Positions 1 to 9,684 of a DNA stretch of 64,000 nucleotides are shown here, piece by piece (position 1 is the stretch's first letter; each line of letters begins with the position of its first letter). The position numbers were made by a program, and so were the translations under genes. Below the pieces are notes generated by a model that saw only the letters and a list, made by a program, of their open reading frames with translations, was not told the origin of the DNA and ran no database searches. Source of the stretch: a virus (taxonomy: Duplodnaviria; Caudoviricetes); IMG/VR virus record IMGVR_UViG_3300028805_000074, positions 32,001-96,000 of that record; one strand, written 5' to 3'.

Positions 1-37
1 TGATAAATAGGCGGTAAACATTAAACAAAAAGGCGAT

Positions 38-325
38 ATGAGAACAGAGAAAAGACAGAAGACCGTCACATACGAAGTTTATGTAGCTTCTGATGGTAAG
101 GAATTTGAATCTCAAGAAAAGTGCAGACATCACGAAATGCTGCTTAATGGTTCAAGAAAAGAGTGTCCTAAATGTCATGGCAAAGGACGGATTAACGGAC
201 ATTATGAAAGGTATTTTGATGGTGGCTCAATGGGTGACCATCAGTACCACGAGCGCTGGACATCTGACGAATGTCCTGAATGTAAAGGCAAAGGATATCT
301 TGAAAGAGTTACTGAATGGAGATAA
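38..325 (+). CDS. small zinc-finger protein (DnaJ-type CxxCxGxG motifs)
   Basis: CPKCHGKG and CPECKGKG motifs. Confidence 0.65.
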   Translation: MRTEKRQKTVTYEVYVASDGKEFESQEKCRHHEMLLNGSRKECPKCHGKGRINGHYERYFDGGSMGDHQYHERWTSDECPECKGKGYLERVTEWR

Positions 326-434
326 AAATATGAACGAACAAGAAATTAAGGCGCAAGCCAACGAACAGAACAACGAGACAGTAACCACCACCCCGACGGA
401 CGTGTGGTATTCATAAACGACAAAGAGCAACAGA

Positions 435-1667
435 ATGAAGAATCCATTCAATATCATCAAGCGCAAAGCCGACAAGATTCGCAAGAGCGAAGAAGCGATG
501 AAGGCCGGTGTGGAGATGGCCGCCAGGGCGAAAGCTGAGGGCTGGAGCGACGAGCGGATGATGCAGGAGGTGATGAACTGGGCTGACCAGATGATTCGCT
601 GTGAGATGGAAGAAGCCGTCGGCAAGGACATCGACCGAATGGTGGAAGCCATGCTGCAGAACGAACCCAACGCCAAGCGCTACGAAGAGAAACTGCGGCA
701 GGAAGTTCGTCAGGAGTTCCTGAAGTATGCCATGACTGGCAAGGAACCCGACCTGGTGCAGGCCGCGAGCAGAGCCATTGGCGTGAACGAAGAAAAACCA
801 ATCGCTGCCGACAACAAGCCGACGATGACCATCGAGGAGATGGAGCGCAAGATGGTCAGTGCGACATCGGTGGTGAAGCTGGTGTGCGGCGTTGGCAACA
901 ATGCGGCGTGGCTGGTGGTGCTCGAAGCCTACGGACATGCCAAAGAGCATCCACGGTACAACCAGTCGGTGAAGGGCGGCAAGCGCGTGGGCTGGTTCTT
1001 CCGCCGCGTGATGAAACTCTACCACGAGTACGAGGACCATCTGGTGAACGCCAGGCAGAACCGCATGTTCCACCTGGCCGACATGGACGAGAAGACGCGC
1101 CGCAAGTACGGCGACATCAGCGACCGCGAGTACTACGACTTCTGGGCTGCCATCGGCGGGCCGGCCTACCACGAGACGCACCCACTGGTGACGAGCCTCT
1201 GGAACAAGTACCGCCTGTCGCTGCAGAACAACGGCGTAGAGCATGCCGACAAGGTGGCGTGGGTGATGACCGCTCAGGCGGCGCTGGAGCTGGCAGGCAC
1301 GATGTACGACATGGCCATCGACGAGTGCGAGACGGGCTACGGACTGCCGCGCAACCTGCTGGAGTACGTCTTCGGGCAGTTCTCGATGAAGGCAATCGCC
1401 AAGGAGTGGTACCGCGCCATGATGACGCTGGCCCCCGAGACCGAGCCCATCAAGCCGTCGGAACTGGACGAGAAGAACATCGACATCGGCATACGGCAGC
1501 TGATGGAGGCATGGATGGACCACGACCTGCTCTACCGCTCGACCGCCGACACCGTGGCCGACTACGACGAGGTGTTCTCGACCAAGGGCCACCAGAAGAA
1601 AGCCCTCCGCGAGATTGCCGAGGTGAGAGAAGAAACGCAACGAATGATTGATAACGACAATGACTAA
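435..1667 (+). CDS. hypothetical phage protein, 410 aa
   Basis: long ORF with coding-like GC3 bias and AT-rich leader. Confidence 0.75.
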   Translation: MKNPFNIIKRKADKIRKSEEAMKAGVEMAARAKAEGWSDERMMQEVMNWADQMIRCEMEEAVGKDIDRMVEAMLQNEPNAKRYEEKLRQEVRQEFLKYAMTGKEPDLVQAASRAIGVNEEKPIAADNKPTMTIEEMERKMVSATSVVKLVCGVGNNAAWLVVLEAYGHAKEHPRYNQSVKGGKRVGWFFRRVMKLYHEYEDHLVNARQNRMFHLADMDEKTRRKYGDISDREYYDFWAAIGGPAYHETHPLVTSLWNKYRLSLQNNGVEHADKVAWVMTAQAALELAGTMYDMAIDECETGYGLPRNLLEYVFGQFSMKAIAKEWYRAMMTLAPETEPIKPSELDEKNIDIGIRQLMEAWMDHDLLYRSTADTVADYDEVFSTKGHQKKALREIAEVREETQRMIDNDND

Positions 1668-1670
1668 GAT

Positions 1671-3437
1671 ATGACCTACGACGAGACAACGCTGTTTACG
1701 AAGTTCATGCAGGGAAAGGGTGTGATGAACAACTTCGAGTACCTGTACCGCTCGCACCGGTTCGACAAGCGCGACCTCGACACCTACCTCGACGAGGTGG
1801 CGGCAGAGGACGTGATACTGTCGGCCTTCGACTTCACGGGTGCTGGCAACACCATCTTCGGCTTCAAGTACTGGAAGGATATCGACCAGAAGTGGCAGGC
1901 GAAGCTGACGGAGTTCCGCAACACGGGCATCCTGACGGCCGACGAGGCACAGGTGTACTGCCCCCACTGCCAGCGGGTGCTGCCCAGGACGGCCTTTGCC
2001 ACGAAGTCGAATGGCGTGCTGCACAAGCACTGCCGTGAGTGCGAGGGCGGCAAATGGGACAAAGAGAAGAAGGAGCGCGAGAAGGCTGAGAAGGAGGCCG
2101 AGAAGCAGGCCAAGGCCATCAAGCAGCTGGAGAAGGAGATTGCCGAGAAGCAGGCGAAGCTGGAGCGGCTGTCGGCACAGGAGCCTGTAGCAGAGCCGAC
2201 GGGCAAGATCCTGACGAACAATCGTGCTGAGAGTGCCCGTCGTGAGATAGCCGAAGGACAGGCCAACCTCGACAAGACCACGAAGGTGTGCGGCCACTGC
2301 GGCAAGCGCAAGTTCCGCTCGGAGTTCTACAAGTCGGACTCCAGCGAGGACGGTCTGCAGGAGTATTGCAAGACCTGCCAGACGGAGCTGTTGGCCGCTG
2401 CTGAGGAGGCACAGCGGAAAGAGGGGGAACAGCGTCGGCTGGAGATTGAAATAGCCGAGTGCGAGGCCGAGGTACAGCGGATGGAGCAGGAGAAGAAGGC
2501 TCTCGATGAAGAAGTACGACGCAAGAAGGAAGCAGAGCGTCAGGCCGACGAGCAGCGCAAGGCTGTATCTGCAACCGCCGAGCCTACGACCGGCATGACC
2601 GTTGACACGACCGAAAATACGACCGAAATCCCGACAGCCACACGCTTGGGCGAGCACGACGTGACGATGCACTACAAGACGACGGAGAAGCGCATCACGC
2701 TCAATGCCGTGCTGTCGGACATCGTGCGACGGGCAGGGTTGACGAAGTGCTACATCTACGCCGACCGCAAGGGCTGTCAGTTCCTCGTGTTCAACAATGC
2801 CGAGGGCTCCAACGTCACCAAGGCCAACAGCCGTACCAGCGACCTGCTGCAGGTGTGCTCGTCCAGCATCTGCCGACAGATTGCCGAGCGATTCGAGCTG
2901 AGAATTGGCGACAACTACTACCTGCATGTTACGAAGAACCTGGCACACACGGCTGACATCGTGAACGTCGAGGTGAAGCAGGTGCGGACCCGAGAGGAGT
3001 ATGCCGTCATTGTGGCACAGCGCGAGGCAGCCGTGAAGAGCGGCATCACGCCCGACATCGACGAGACCGACGATCCTATGGAAGAGGCCCCTACCCCATC
3101 CACCGACACCAACGACATGCCGCTGATAGAGTTTGCGGACATCGACGATAACCATACAGGCGACGGGCAGACCCCGACCACGGGTGAGAGTGGCGGCAGT
3201 TCTGCCCCCACGCCTGAACCCAAGCAGAAGGCCAAGGCTGGCAACATGAAACCTGCCAGCCTGAAACCTGAAACCACCGGCATCCCCCTCTCTGGCCGCA
3301 AGCCGCAGGATATCCTCCAGCAGCTCATCGACCGGGGCCACCTGCAGGAGCGCGACATCGCCGCCTTCCTCTTCCAGAAAGGCTGGGAACTGCACGAGCC
3401 GGTCGTGGTCACCAAGCACAAGAAATTCTCACTGTAA
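1671..3437 (+). CDS. protein with two C4 zinc ribbons and coiled coils
   Basis: CPHC...CREC and CGHC...CKTC (phage zinc ribbon of the 'EFYK...DGLQEYCK' type); E/K-rich coiled coils. Confidence 0.7.
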   Translation: MTYDETTLFTKFMQGKGVMNNFEYLYRSHRFDKRDLDTYLDEVAAEDVILSAFDFTGAGNTIFGFKYWKDIDQKWQAKLTEFRNTGILTADEAQVYCPHCQRVLPRTAFATKSNGVLHKHCRECEGGKWDKEKKEREKAEKEAEKQAKAIKQLEKEIAEKQAKLERLSAQEPVAEPTGKILTNNRAESARREIAEGQANLDKTTKVCGHCGKRKFRSEFYKSDSSEDGLQEYCKTCQTELLAAAEEAQRKEGEQRRLEIEIAECEAEVQRMEQEKKALDEEVRRKKEAERQADEQRKAVSATAEPTTGMTVDTTENTTEIPTATRLGEHDVTMHYKTTEKRITLNAVLSDIVRRAGLTKCYIYADRKGCQFLVFNNAEGSNVTKANSRTSDLLQVCSSSICRQIAERFELRIGDNYYLHVTKNLAHTADIVNVEVKQVRTREEYAVIVAQREAAVKSGITPDIDETDDPMEEAPTPSTDTNDMPLIEFADIDDNHTGDGQTPTTGESGGSSAPTPEPKQKAKAGNMKPASLKPETTGIPLSGRKPQDILQQLIDRGHLQERDIAAFLFQKGWELHEPVVVTKHKKFSL

Positions 3438-3449
3438 TATATAAATGTA

Positions 3450-3752
3450 ATGGCAAGACACAAGCAAAGAAGATACGCAGAGATGAAGCCCGCCGTGAAG
3501 ATGAATGGCGGCTACAGCCGACGCCAGCGCACCGACATACTGACCGCACAGGGCGAGATAACCGAGGCGCTGGGCTACGACAACTACCACGTGGAGCTGG
3601 ACAACGGCGTCACCATCCTCGCCACCATCAGCGGCAAGATGCGACAGAACCACATCCGCGTCATGGTGGGCGACCGCGTGGAGCTGGAACTCTCCGTCTA
3701 CGACCTCACCAAGGGCCGCATCACAAGACGATTTCAAGTTAAGCAGCAATGA
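3450..3752 (+). CDS. infA: translation initiation factor IF-1 with N-terminal extension
   Basis: GEITEAL...VELDNG..ILATISGKMRQNHIRVMVGDRVELELSVYDLTKGRITRR matches the IF-1 consensus. Confidence 0.93.
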   Translation: MARHKQRRYAEMKPAVKMNGGYSRRQRTDILTAQGEITEALGYDNYHVELDNGVTILATISGKMRQNHIRVMVGDRVELELSVYDLTKGRITRRFQVKQQ

Positions 3753-3782
3753 TTATAGAATTAAACAAACGATTAAGGTATT

Positions 3783-3938
3783 ATGACGAAAAGACTTCAC
3801 GGAGGCAGGACAACGGAGCAGTACGTGCTCGACCTGCACAGCAACGGATGGCAAGTGGCGAACATTGCAAGCATCGCAGGGGTAAGCGCCCAGACGGTGC
3901 GAGAAATCCTGAAGAGAAAAAACATCATCATGGACTGA
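3783..3938 (+). CDS. small helix-turn-helix protein (51 aa, not in ORF track)
   Basis: hand translation: VLDLHSNGWQVANIASIAGVSAQTVREIL is an HTH pattern. Confidence 0.6.
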   Translation: MTKRLHGGRTTEQYVLDLHSNGWQVANIASIAGVSAQTVREILKRKNIIMD

Positions 3939-3954
3939 AAGACAAGGCAGCGAG

Positions 3955-4134
3955 ATGATTGACCCCGACGAGCAGAAGACCATCAGGTTCAGCGCCGACG
4001 ACGTGCCCGAGCTGCCGGAGATAGACCGGCAGCGGCGCGAGGCCGACAGGCAGCGCAGGCGGCAGCAGGCGATGGAGAACCTGCGGTGGCTGGAGCGGAA
4101 CATGGGTTTCCAGCCGTTCGGCGGGGAGTGGTGA
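3955..4134 (+). CDS. hypothetical protein (59 aa, not in ORF track)
   Basis: hand translation MIDPDEQKTIRF...GGEW; fills the gap in the operon. Confidence 0.5.
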   Translation: MIDPDEQKTIRFSADDVPELPEIDRQRREADRQRRRQQAMENLRWLERNMGFQPFGGEW

Positions 4135-4163
4135 AGGGATTTAAAAGTGAAAAGTGAAAAGTT

Positions 4164-4454
4164 ATGGCAAAGAAGACAGAGAAGAAGACGCAGGAGCGGA
4201 CGCTGGAGGTGTCGGCTCAGAGGATGCAGGAAATCATGGAGCGGGTGGCGCCGGTGCTGGACGGACTGAAGACGACGACGCTGGAGGACATCTTCGCCGG
4301 GCAGGAAATCATGCTGAACGGACTGCGCCATCTGGTGAAGGACAACCCGAAGGCGGACCGCGTGGCACTCATCGGCACCATCATGCAGCAGCTGCACATG
4401 AAGGCCCTGCGCGAACTGCAGCCCACTCCGATGGCTCCCGTCGGCGAGGCGTGA
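4164..4454 (+). CDS. hypothetical protein
   Basis: ORF in operon. Confidence 0.65.
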   Translation: MAKKTEKKTQERTLEVSAQRMQEIMERVAPVLDGLKTTTLEDIFAGQEIMLNGLRHLVKDNPKADRVALIGTIMQQLHMKALRELQPTPMAPVGEA

Positions 4455-4484
4455 GAGAGACTGGAATATATAGTATTAACAAAT

Positions 4485-4810
4485 TAAAAAGCTACAACAT
4501 TATGGAGCAACTGACAAGAGAACAGGCGATAGCCTTTGCCGAGAACAAGGGCTATGAGGGATGGACGGCGAGACAGATAGCCGAGTTCCAAGTACAGCAA
4601 GACAGGCTGTGCATGCCGGTGGATGTGTTCCACAAGGCCATCAACGAGGCACTTGGCAGACCTGTATGGACACATGAGTTTGCCAACCGCGAAGCCTTGG
4701 AGAGGGAACTGATGGGCGACCGTCCGGCCCCGACCATGCAGGAAATCATCGAAATGATACCGGCAGAGAAAAGAATTATTATAGGATTATAAAAAGCTAC
4801 AACATTATGG
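4485..4810 (+). repeat. 21-bp direct repeat TAAAAAGCTACAACATTATGG (4485-4505, 4790-4810) bracketing one gene
   Basis: two exact copies, each ending at a start codon. Confidence 0.85.
4502..4792 (+). CDS. conserved phage hypothetical protein
   Basis: start reassigned to MEQLTREQ; LGRPVWTHEF motif typical of a phage family. Confidence 0.7.
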   Translation: MEQLTREQAIAFAENKGYEGWTARQIAEFQVQQDRLCMPVDVFHKAINEALGRPVWTHEFANREALERELMGDRPAPTMQEIIEMIPAEKRIIIGL

Positions 4811-5055
4811 CATGTAATTGCGTAAACGAGTGGAGCCAGCTGCTCAAGGAGAAGCTGAACCACACAGCGACAGTCAACCACGACATGATTTCCGGTCGTG
4901 TAGTAATCAACGGCATCTACCACAAGCTGAAGAAGGACGGCTCCTACAACCCCAACAAGTGGGAAGAGGTGAACCTGTGGCCGAAGTACTGCCCGTTCTG
5001 CGGCAAGCCCTACGACGAGAAGGAAGTGGAAGAAAAACCGGAGGAAAAAGTATGA
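4807..5055 (+). CDS. small Cys-containing (zinc-ribbon) protein
   Basis: CNC ... YCPFCGK. Confidence 0.65.
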   Translation: MACNCVNEWSQLLKEKLNHTATVNHDMISGRVVINGIYHKLKKDGSYNPNKWEEVNLWPKYCPFCGKPYDEKEVEEKPEEKV

Positions 5056-5834
5056 ACCAGACATACCGACAGATGAACGCCGAGATAGGCCGGGGCATCG
5101 GCAAGGAGGCGCAGATGCAGGCGCTCATAGCGGCGCAGAGGAACAACAGGCGGACGGTGATCGACCCCGACCGCATCGACACGGAGAGGGTGATGGAGCT
5201 GACGCGCAGGCTGACGGAGGACACCGACCTGGGCATGATAGTGCGCCCGCTGCCCTACGCCGACATCGAGGGCGACACGGAGGCGACGCTGAACGTGGTG
5301 ATGCAGGCGCTGGGGCTCTACACCTTCCCGACGGTGGAGCTGACCGACTGGCTGCGGCGGGAGATTGACGACGACCCGGAGCTGGAGCCGCACTCGGCCA
5401 TCGAGATCTGCGCCGGCACGGGCTGGATAGGCCGCACGCTGGGCATACCGACGACCGACGCGCAGTGGCAGAAGTGCGACGACATCCACGAGCTGTACCT
5501 GCGGCAGGGGGCGATACCCATCAACTACCCCGCCGACATCGAGCCGCTGGAGGCCAGGGAGGCCATCCGCAAGTACGAGCCGGAGCTGGTCATCGCCTCC
5601 TACTGCACCCACCTTTACGGCACGGGCGGCTCGAAGCAGGGCAGCTCGCTGGGCGTGGACACCCGCTGGGTGCGCTCGCACTGCCGCCGCTTCTACCACA
5701 TCGGCAACGACGCCATCCACAGCCGCGACCCGCTGATGCGGATGCCACACAAGCGCCTCTCGTTCGACTGGCTCGTCACCCGTGGCGACTCGTCGAAGGC
5801 CAGGATATACGTGTGGGAGAATAAAATGTATTAA
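5052..5834 (+). CDS. putative SAM-dependent methyltransferase-like protein
   Basis: motif-I-like IEICAGTGWIG; ATGA overlap with upstream gene. Confidence 0.55.
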   Translation: MNQTYRQMNAEIGRGIGKEAQMQALIAAQRNNRRTVIDPDRIDTERVMELTRRLTEDTDLGMIVRPLPYADIEGDTEATLNVVMQALGLYTFPTVELTDWLRREIDDDPELEPHSAIEICAGTGWIGRTLGIPTTDAQWQKCDDIHELYLRQGAIPINYPADIEPLEAREAIRKYEPELVIASYCTHLYGTGGSKQGSSLGVDTRWVRSHCRRFYHIGNDAIHSRDPLMRMPHKRLSFDWLVTRGDSSKARIYVWENKMY

Positions 5835-5842
5835 CAATAAAA

Positions 5843-6487
5843 ATGAATAGCACTATGAGAGAACAATCGAATCTGGACAGCCGCGAGGCGCAGGAGGTGC
5901 GCCAGCGGTCGGAGTTCATCAAGAAAGTGAACGACTTTGCGCACTTCATGCAGAAGGAGTACATCGACGAGTGCGACGGCGACATCGGACTGCTGATCTG
6001 CGCTCTCGACAAGACCATCGGCGATGGCAAGGCGGGCGCGGCCCACATCGTGCTCGGCGGAAAGGCAACGGTTACCACCGGGCTGGTCTCGATGATGCAG
6101 CAAGAGAATATGCGCGACGTGTTCCATGTGGCACGGACGGTGGCCGGCGAATGTGAAAGTGAGCGTCAGGACATCGGCGGACTGCGCCGCCGCCTGCGCC
6201 TCGGTTACTGGATGGCTGGGCTTTGCGCCCTGTGGACGGCGTTCCTCGTCTTCCTGCAGGTGTGGGGCATCGCCAACTGGATAACCACCGTGCCGAACCT
6301 GCTGCTGATGGGCTTCATCGGCTACCAGTTGTGGATGACCATCCGCGACCAGCGCCGCCGTCTGAAGCGCATCGAGCGCGAGGAGATGCAGGAGCGACGC
6401 GAACGGCTGGACCACGCCATGGGCATGTTCACCGCTATACTGAAGGACATGGCAGGGCGCATGAACGGCGACGATGACGACGAGTAA
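5843..6487 (+). CDS. membrane protein with two TM helices
   Basis: hydrophobic segments LGYWMAGLCALWTAFLVFLQVWGI and VPNLLLMGFIGYQLW. Confidence 0.7.
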   Translation: MNSTMREQSNLDSREAQEVRQRSEFIKKVNDFAHFMQKEYIDECDGDIGLLICALDKTIGDGKAGAAHIVLGGKATVTTGLVSMMQQENMRDVFHVARTVAGECESERQDIGGLRRRLRLGYWMAGLCALWTAFLVFLQVWGIANWITTVPNLLLMGFIGYQLWMTIRDQRRRLKRIEREEMQERRERLDHAMGMFTAILKDMAGRMNGDDDDE

Positions 6488-6508
6488 TAAATAAAAGGAA
6501 TAAGAACT

Positions 6509-6916
6509 ATGGCAACAAAAGCATTTATCAACAACGAGGTGCAGAAGCGCATGAAGGCGGAAATGGATCGGACGGGCTTCAAGGCGTTTGAGATGGGTTA
6601 TGCAAACGGCTATGTGGCTGTCAGTCCCGACCATCCGCTGCACGGGCTGAATTACGACAAGGTGTACGACGTGCAGGACGTCAGCGTGTGGGGCGGTCTG
6701 ACGTTCTCGGAGAAGAAGGCCGACTGCCAGTGGGACGGCTCGTGTGTCGAGGTGATTGGCGGCGGTTCGTTCGACGACATCCCCGGCGACTGGTGGGTGT
6801 TCGGCTTCGACACCATGCACTACAACGACGGCCCGGAGCACGACCGCGAGTGGTGCATCAGAGAGACGCGCCAGTTACAACTCCAGTTGGACGCAATCAA
6901 AAGTAAGGAGGGCTGA
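6509..6916 (+). CDS. conserved phage hypothetical protein
   Basis: NGYVAV...GGLTF...WWVFGFDTMH pattern common in phages. Confidence 0.7.
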   Translation: MATKAFINNEVQKRMKAEMDRTGFKAFEMGYANGYVAVSPDHPLHGLNYDKVYDVQDVSVWGGLTFSEKKADCQWDGSCVEVIGGGSFDDIPGDWWVFGFDTMHYNDGPEHDREWCIRETRQLQLQLDAIKSKEG

Positions 6917-6919
6917 CGC

Positions 6920-7123
6920 ATGACCAGAGAAGAAGCCATCGGGCACTGGATGCCCATCGTGAGCGCGGTGTTCACCGCAGAGCACAACATCCTGGGCGAG
7001 TGGGATGCGAAGCTGAAAGCCGCCAAGGGTTCGCCGCAGGTGGAGGAAACCTGCAGGGCATACGTCCGCGCCGTGGCTGCGGAAATCGTGGACCACGGCG
7101 ACATCGAGTTCGACGAGGAGTAA
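6920..7123 (+). CDS. hypothetical protein
   Basis: GGAGG upstream, coupled to previous stop. Confidence 0.6.
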   Translation: MTREEAIGHWMPIVSAVFTAEHNILGEWDAKLKAAKGSPQVEETCRAYVRAVAAEIVDHGDIEFDEE

Positions 7124-7125
7124 CA

Positions 7126-7488
7126 ATGAAGAATAAAAAAAAGAAAGAGATCATGAAGACAGAACAACATTTCCCGATTTGCATGGACGAAGAGTTCTGG
7201 GCCAGCAGTCAGTTTTCGGTAGCCCGCCACTACGGGCGTGTCAGGATCAACGGACATGAGTACATCATCGTGAACAAGGAGGGCAAGGACATCTTCGAGT
7301 GCTCCATCGAGGCGGAACGGGCCGGACGCGAGAAGGCCATCGAGCCGGGCGAGCCTGCCGACCTGGTACGCAGCGACTTCGTGAAGCACTACCGCCGGCT
7401 GGGGCGAGACCGCTTCATCGACGTGCTGAAGCAGAACCAGCAGGCCTCCGACAAGGAACTGGAGAATATTTACAAGGGGATGAAATGA
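7126..7488 (+). CDS. hypothetical protein
   Basis: ORF in operon, start reassigned. Confidence 0.65.
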   Translation: MKNKKKKEIMKTEQHFPICMDEEFWASSQFSVARHYGRVRINGHEYIIVNKEGKDIFECSIEAERAGREKAIEPGEPADLVRSDFVKHYRRLGRDRFIDVLKQNQQASDKELENIYKGMK

Positions 7489-7509
7489 CAGATAAAAAGG
7501 AAAGAGATT

Positions 7510-8229
7510 ATGCAAGACCCAATGTATGACAGACTCCGGGACGTGCTCGGAGCAAATGCCGAAGAAGGCATCGACGAGAGATTCAAGAAACTGGTTGGCA
7601 ATCCTACGGAGCCCGACTTCGAGGAGCTGATGGAGCGTGAGCATCTGCGCGAAAAGTTGGAGCCGAAGTACGTCATCGTGAAGAACGGACCGCTCTACGA
7701 GTTCCGTGCCCGATACGTTGACATGCACCGCACGCTGCTCTCGGAGCGTGAGATACGCGACAGGCTGTGCGACGGCGGCGGCTTCTGGGGCGTGGACGGC
7801 GAGAAGCGGCTGGTGACGCTCTACGACAGCAGTTCGGACTTCGGATTCCCCAAGCACATCGAGGACGCCATCCGCCAGGACGGTCACCACCTGCTGGAGA
7901 TACTCGGCAAGGTGTGCGACAAGAGCGGCGAGCAGCACGACCTGACAGGCTACAAGATTTCGTATATGTACCGTGATGGTCGGCACTACGTTGACTACCT
8001 GAGCGCCGAGGAGGTGGAGAAGCTGCGGCAGGTGGCAGAACGCAATGCCGACATCGGAGCGAACGCCAGCCCCGAAACGGTTGGGGCGATTGGCCGGCTG
8101 AGCCGTGAGGACTACGAGCGGTTCGGTCGCTGCACCAACTACACGCCGCCCAGCCCCGTCAACAAGAAGAAGCGCAAGGCAAAGGCCAAGGCGCAGAAGC
8201 AGTCAAGGAAGAAGAATCGTAAACACTGA
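7510..8229 (+). CDS. hypothetical protein with basic C-terminal tail
   Basis: ends KKKRKAKAKAQKQSRKKNRKH. Confidence 0.7.
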   Translation: MQDPMYDRLRDVLGANAEEGIDERFKKLVGNPTEPDFEELMEREHLREKLEPKYVIVKNGPLYEFRARYVDMHRTLLSEREIRDRLCDGGGFWGVDGEKRLVTLYDSSSDFGFPKHIEDAIRQDGHHLLEILGKVCDKSGEQHDLTGYKISYMYRDGRHYVDYLSAEEVEKLRQVAERNADIGANASPETVGAIGRLSREDYERFGRCTNYTPPSPVNKKKRKAKAKAQKQSRKKNRKH

Positions 8230-8285
8230 ACAACATTCCACGCCGCAAGGCACAGTTTATTAACAACATTAAAATTTCAACGATT

Positions 8286-8585
8286 ATGGCAAAATTCATT
8301 ATTGAAATCAGTGACGAACAAATCCGTGAGATGGCAAACCCCGACAAGGCGAAGGAGCAGATAGGGGGTGAGGACAAGATGAACCCGATGATGGTGCTCT
8401 TCAACATGATAGGAGCATCGGTCGTAGAGCGCGAGCTGGACAAGGGTGTCAACGAGTTCCACATCTCACGTGAGAAGATGAAGGACAAACAGCCCATCGA
8501 GTTCTTCGACCGCAACGTCGGCGACATCTGCAACCTCGCCATGTTCGCCCTCAAGGACGAGAAGGAAGAGAAGAAGGACGAGTAA
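8286..8585 (+). CDS. hypothetical protein
   Basis: ORF with AT-rich leader. Confidence 0.65.
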   Translation: MAKFIIEISDEQIREMANPDKAKEQIGGEDKMNPMMVLFNMIGASVVERELDKGVNEFHISREKMKDKQPIEFFDRNVGDICNLAMFALKDEKEEKKDE

Positions 8586-8640
8586 CTTGTCAAGAAACCG
8601 GAGCCCCGCCGCGACGACCCCCGGAAACGGCCCTGGGAGA

Positions 8641-8703
8641 CCGACCGAGGGTCGATGGGGGAAACCGACCGAGGGTCGGACAGCCAAGCCGACCGAGGGT
8701 CGG
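8641..8703. repeat. three copies of near-palindromic CCGACCGAGGGTCG at 24-bp period
   Basis: copies start at 8641, 8665 and 8689; upstream of the HU-like gene. Confidence 0.85.
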
Positions 8704-8853
8704 TCCCGGGAACCCTCCGGGGGCGCATCGGGCGAAGGCGTCGGAATGTAAAGAAAACAGACTATCAACAGAAGGCTGCCGAAAGTCACGGGGCAGTCAG
8801 TAACAATCAAAACGGTCGCCACCGTGACGGCGGCCAATAGGAGACTCACAGAA

Positions 8854-9435
8854 ATGATAGAGTACAAAGGGCAGATTAACCTGCCCAACCCGAATTTCGG
8901 TACGACCGAAAAAACCATCACGGCCAACGAGGACGTGCGCACCTGCGACGTGAAGGCGCTGGCCAAGGAGATTGCCCACCAGAACCACGACATCATCACC
9001 GAAGGCATTGCCGAGATGGTGCTCAACTCGTTCTGCAAGGCTGCCGTCGAGAAGATCAGCGAGGGCTTCGCCATCCAGCTGATGAACGGCCAGGACGTGG
9101 CCATGCGCATCTTCCCCGACGCTCACCTGGCCACCAAGACTGGCAACATCAACCTGAAGCGTGCCAAGGAACTGATGCCAGGTGTGGTGACCGACGAGGA
9201 GACGATGGTGGCCCACGCCGGCGAGCTCATCGACAAGGTGGGCGTCCGCGTCACCGTCCGCGCCGTCGTGCAGCAGAAGTTCACCGAGCTGCTGGAGAAG
9301 GAGGGCTACCAGCTGAAGCGCACCGACATCGTGACCGCCACAGCCGCCCAGCAGAACCAGCAGCAGCAGGACGACTCCGGCACCGGCGACGAGACGCCCC
9401 AGGGCGGCGGTGGCGACAACGGGGACAATGAGTGA
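8854..9435 (+). CDS. putative HU-family (Bacteroidetes histone-like) DNA-binding protein
   Basis: LAKEIA...EMVLNSFCKAAVEKISEGFAIQL resembles HU helices/strand; Gly/Asp-rich tail typical of Bacteroidetes HU-like proteins. Confidence 0.5.
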   Translation: MIEYKGQINLPNPNFGTTEKTITANEDVRTCDVKALAKEIAHQNHDIITEGIAEMVLNSFCKAAVEKISEGFAIQLMNGQDVAMRIFPDAHLATKTGNINLKRAKELMPGVVTDEETMVAHAGELIDKVGVRVTVRAVVQQKFTELLEKEGYQLKRTDIVTATAAQQNQQQQDDSGTGDETPQGGGGDNGDNE

Positions 9436-9580
9436 GCAAGCCGAGCGCAGTGCCATGCTCGCATGAACCGAAGGAGCAGCGAGAGCCGAATGATGCTCGC
9501 ATCAATTTGGCCGAGTCGCGACTGAGGAAGGCGATAGCCAACACTGCCGAGGCGCCGCCACTCTTCGACCGAAAGGTCAA
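9432..9580. repeat. Prevotella-type palindromic intergenic element (REP/MITE-like)
   Basis: shares AAGCCGAGCGCAG with ~30250 and TCGACCG..AGGTCA with ~52071 and ~38501. Confidence 0.4.
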
Positions 9581-9684
9581 CGAGTAGTTTCCCCACCCTC
9601 TGAGCAACCGGGGAACGGGCGGCGGACATGCCGCCGGCCGCTCCCTTCAAGAAAGAAAGTGAAACGAATAAAAAGGAAAGAGAT

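Noticed and set aside
411-3419. 1002-aa minus-strand ORF and similar long antisense ORFs (e.g. 6820-7986, 21505-22716, 31224-32543, 44985-46781)
   Set aside because: Shadow ORFs opposite real genes, caused by high GC3 codon bias; the translations are low-information.
8641-8703. mini-CRISPR
   Set aside because: 14-bp repeats with 10-bp spacers are far too short.
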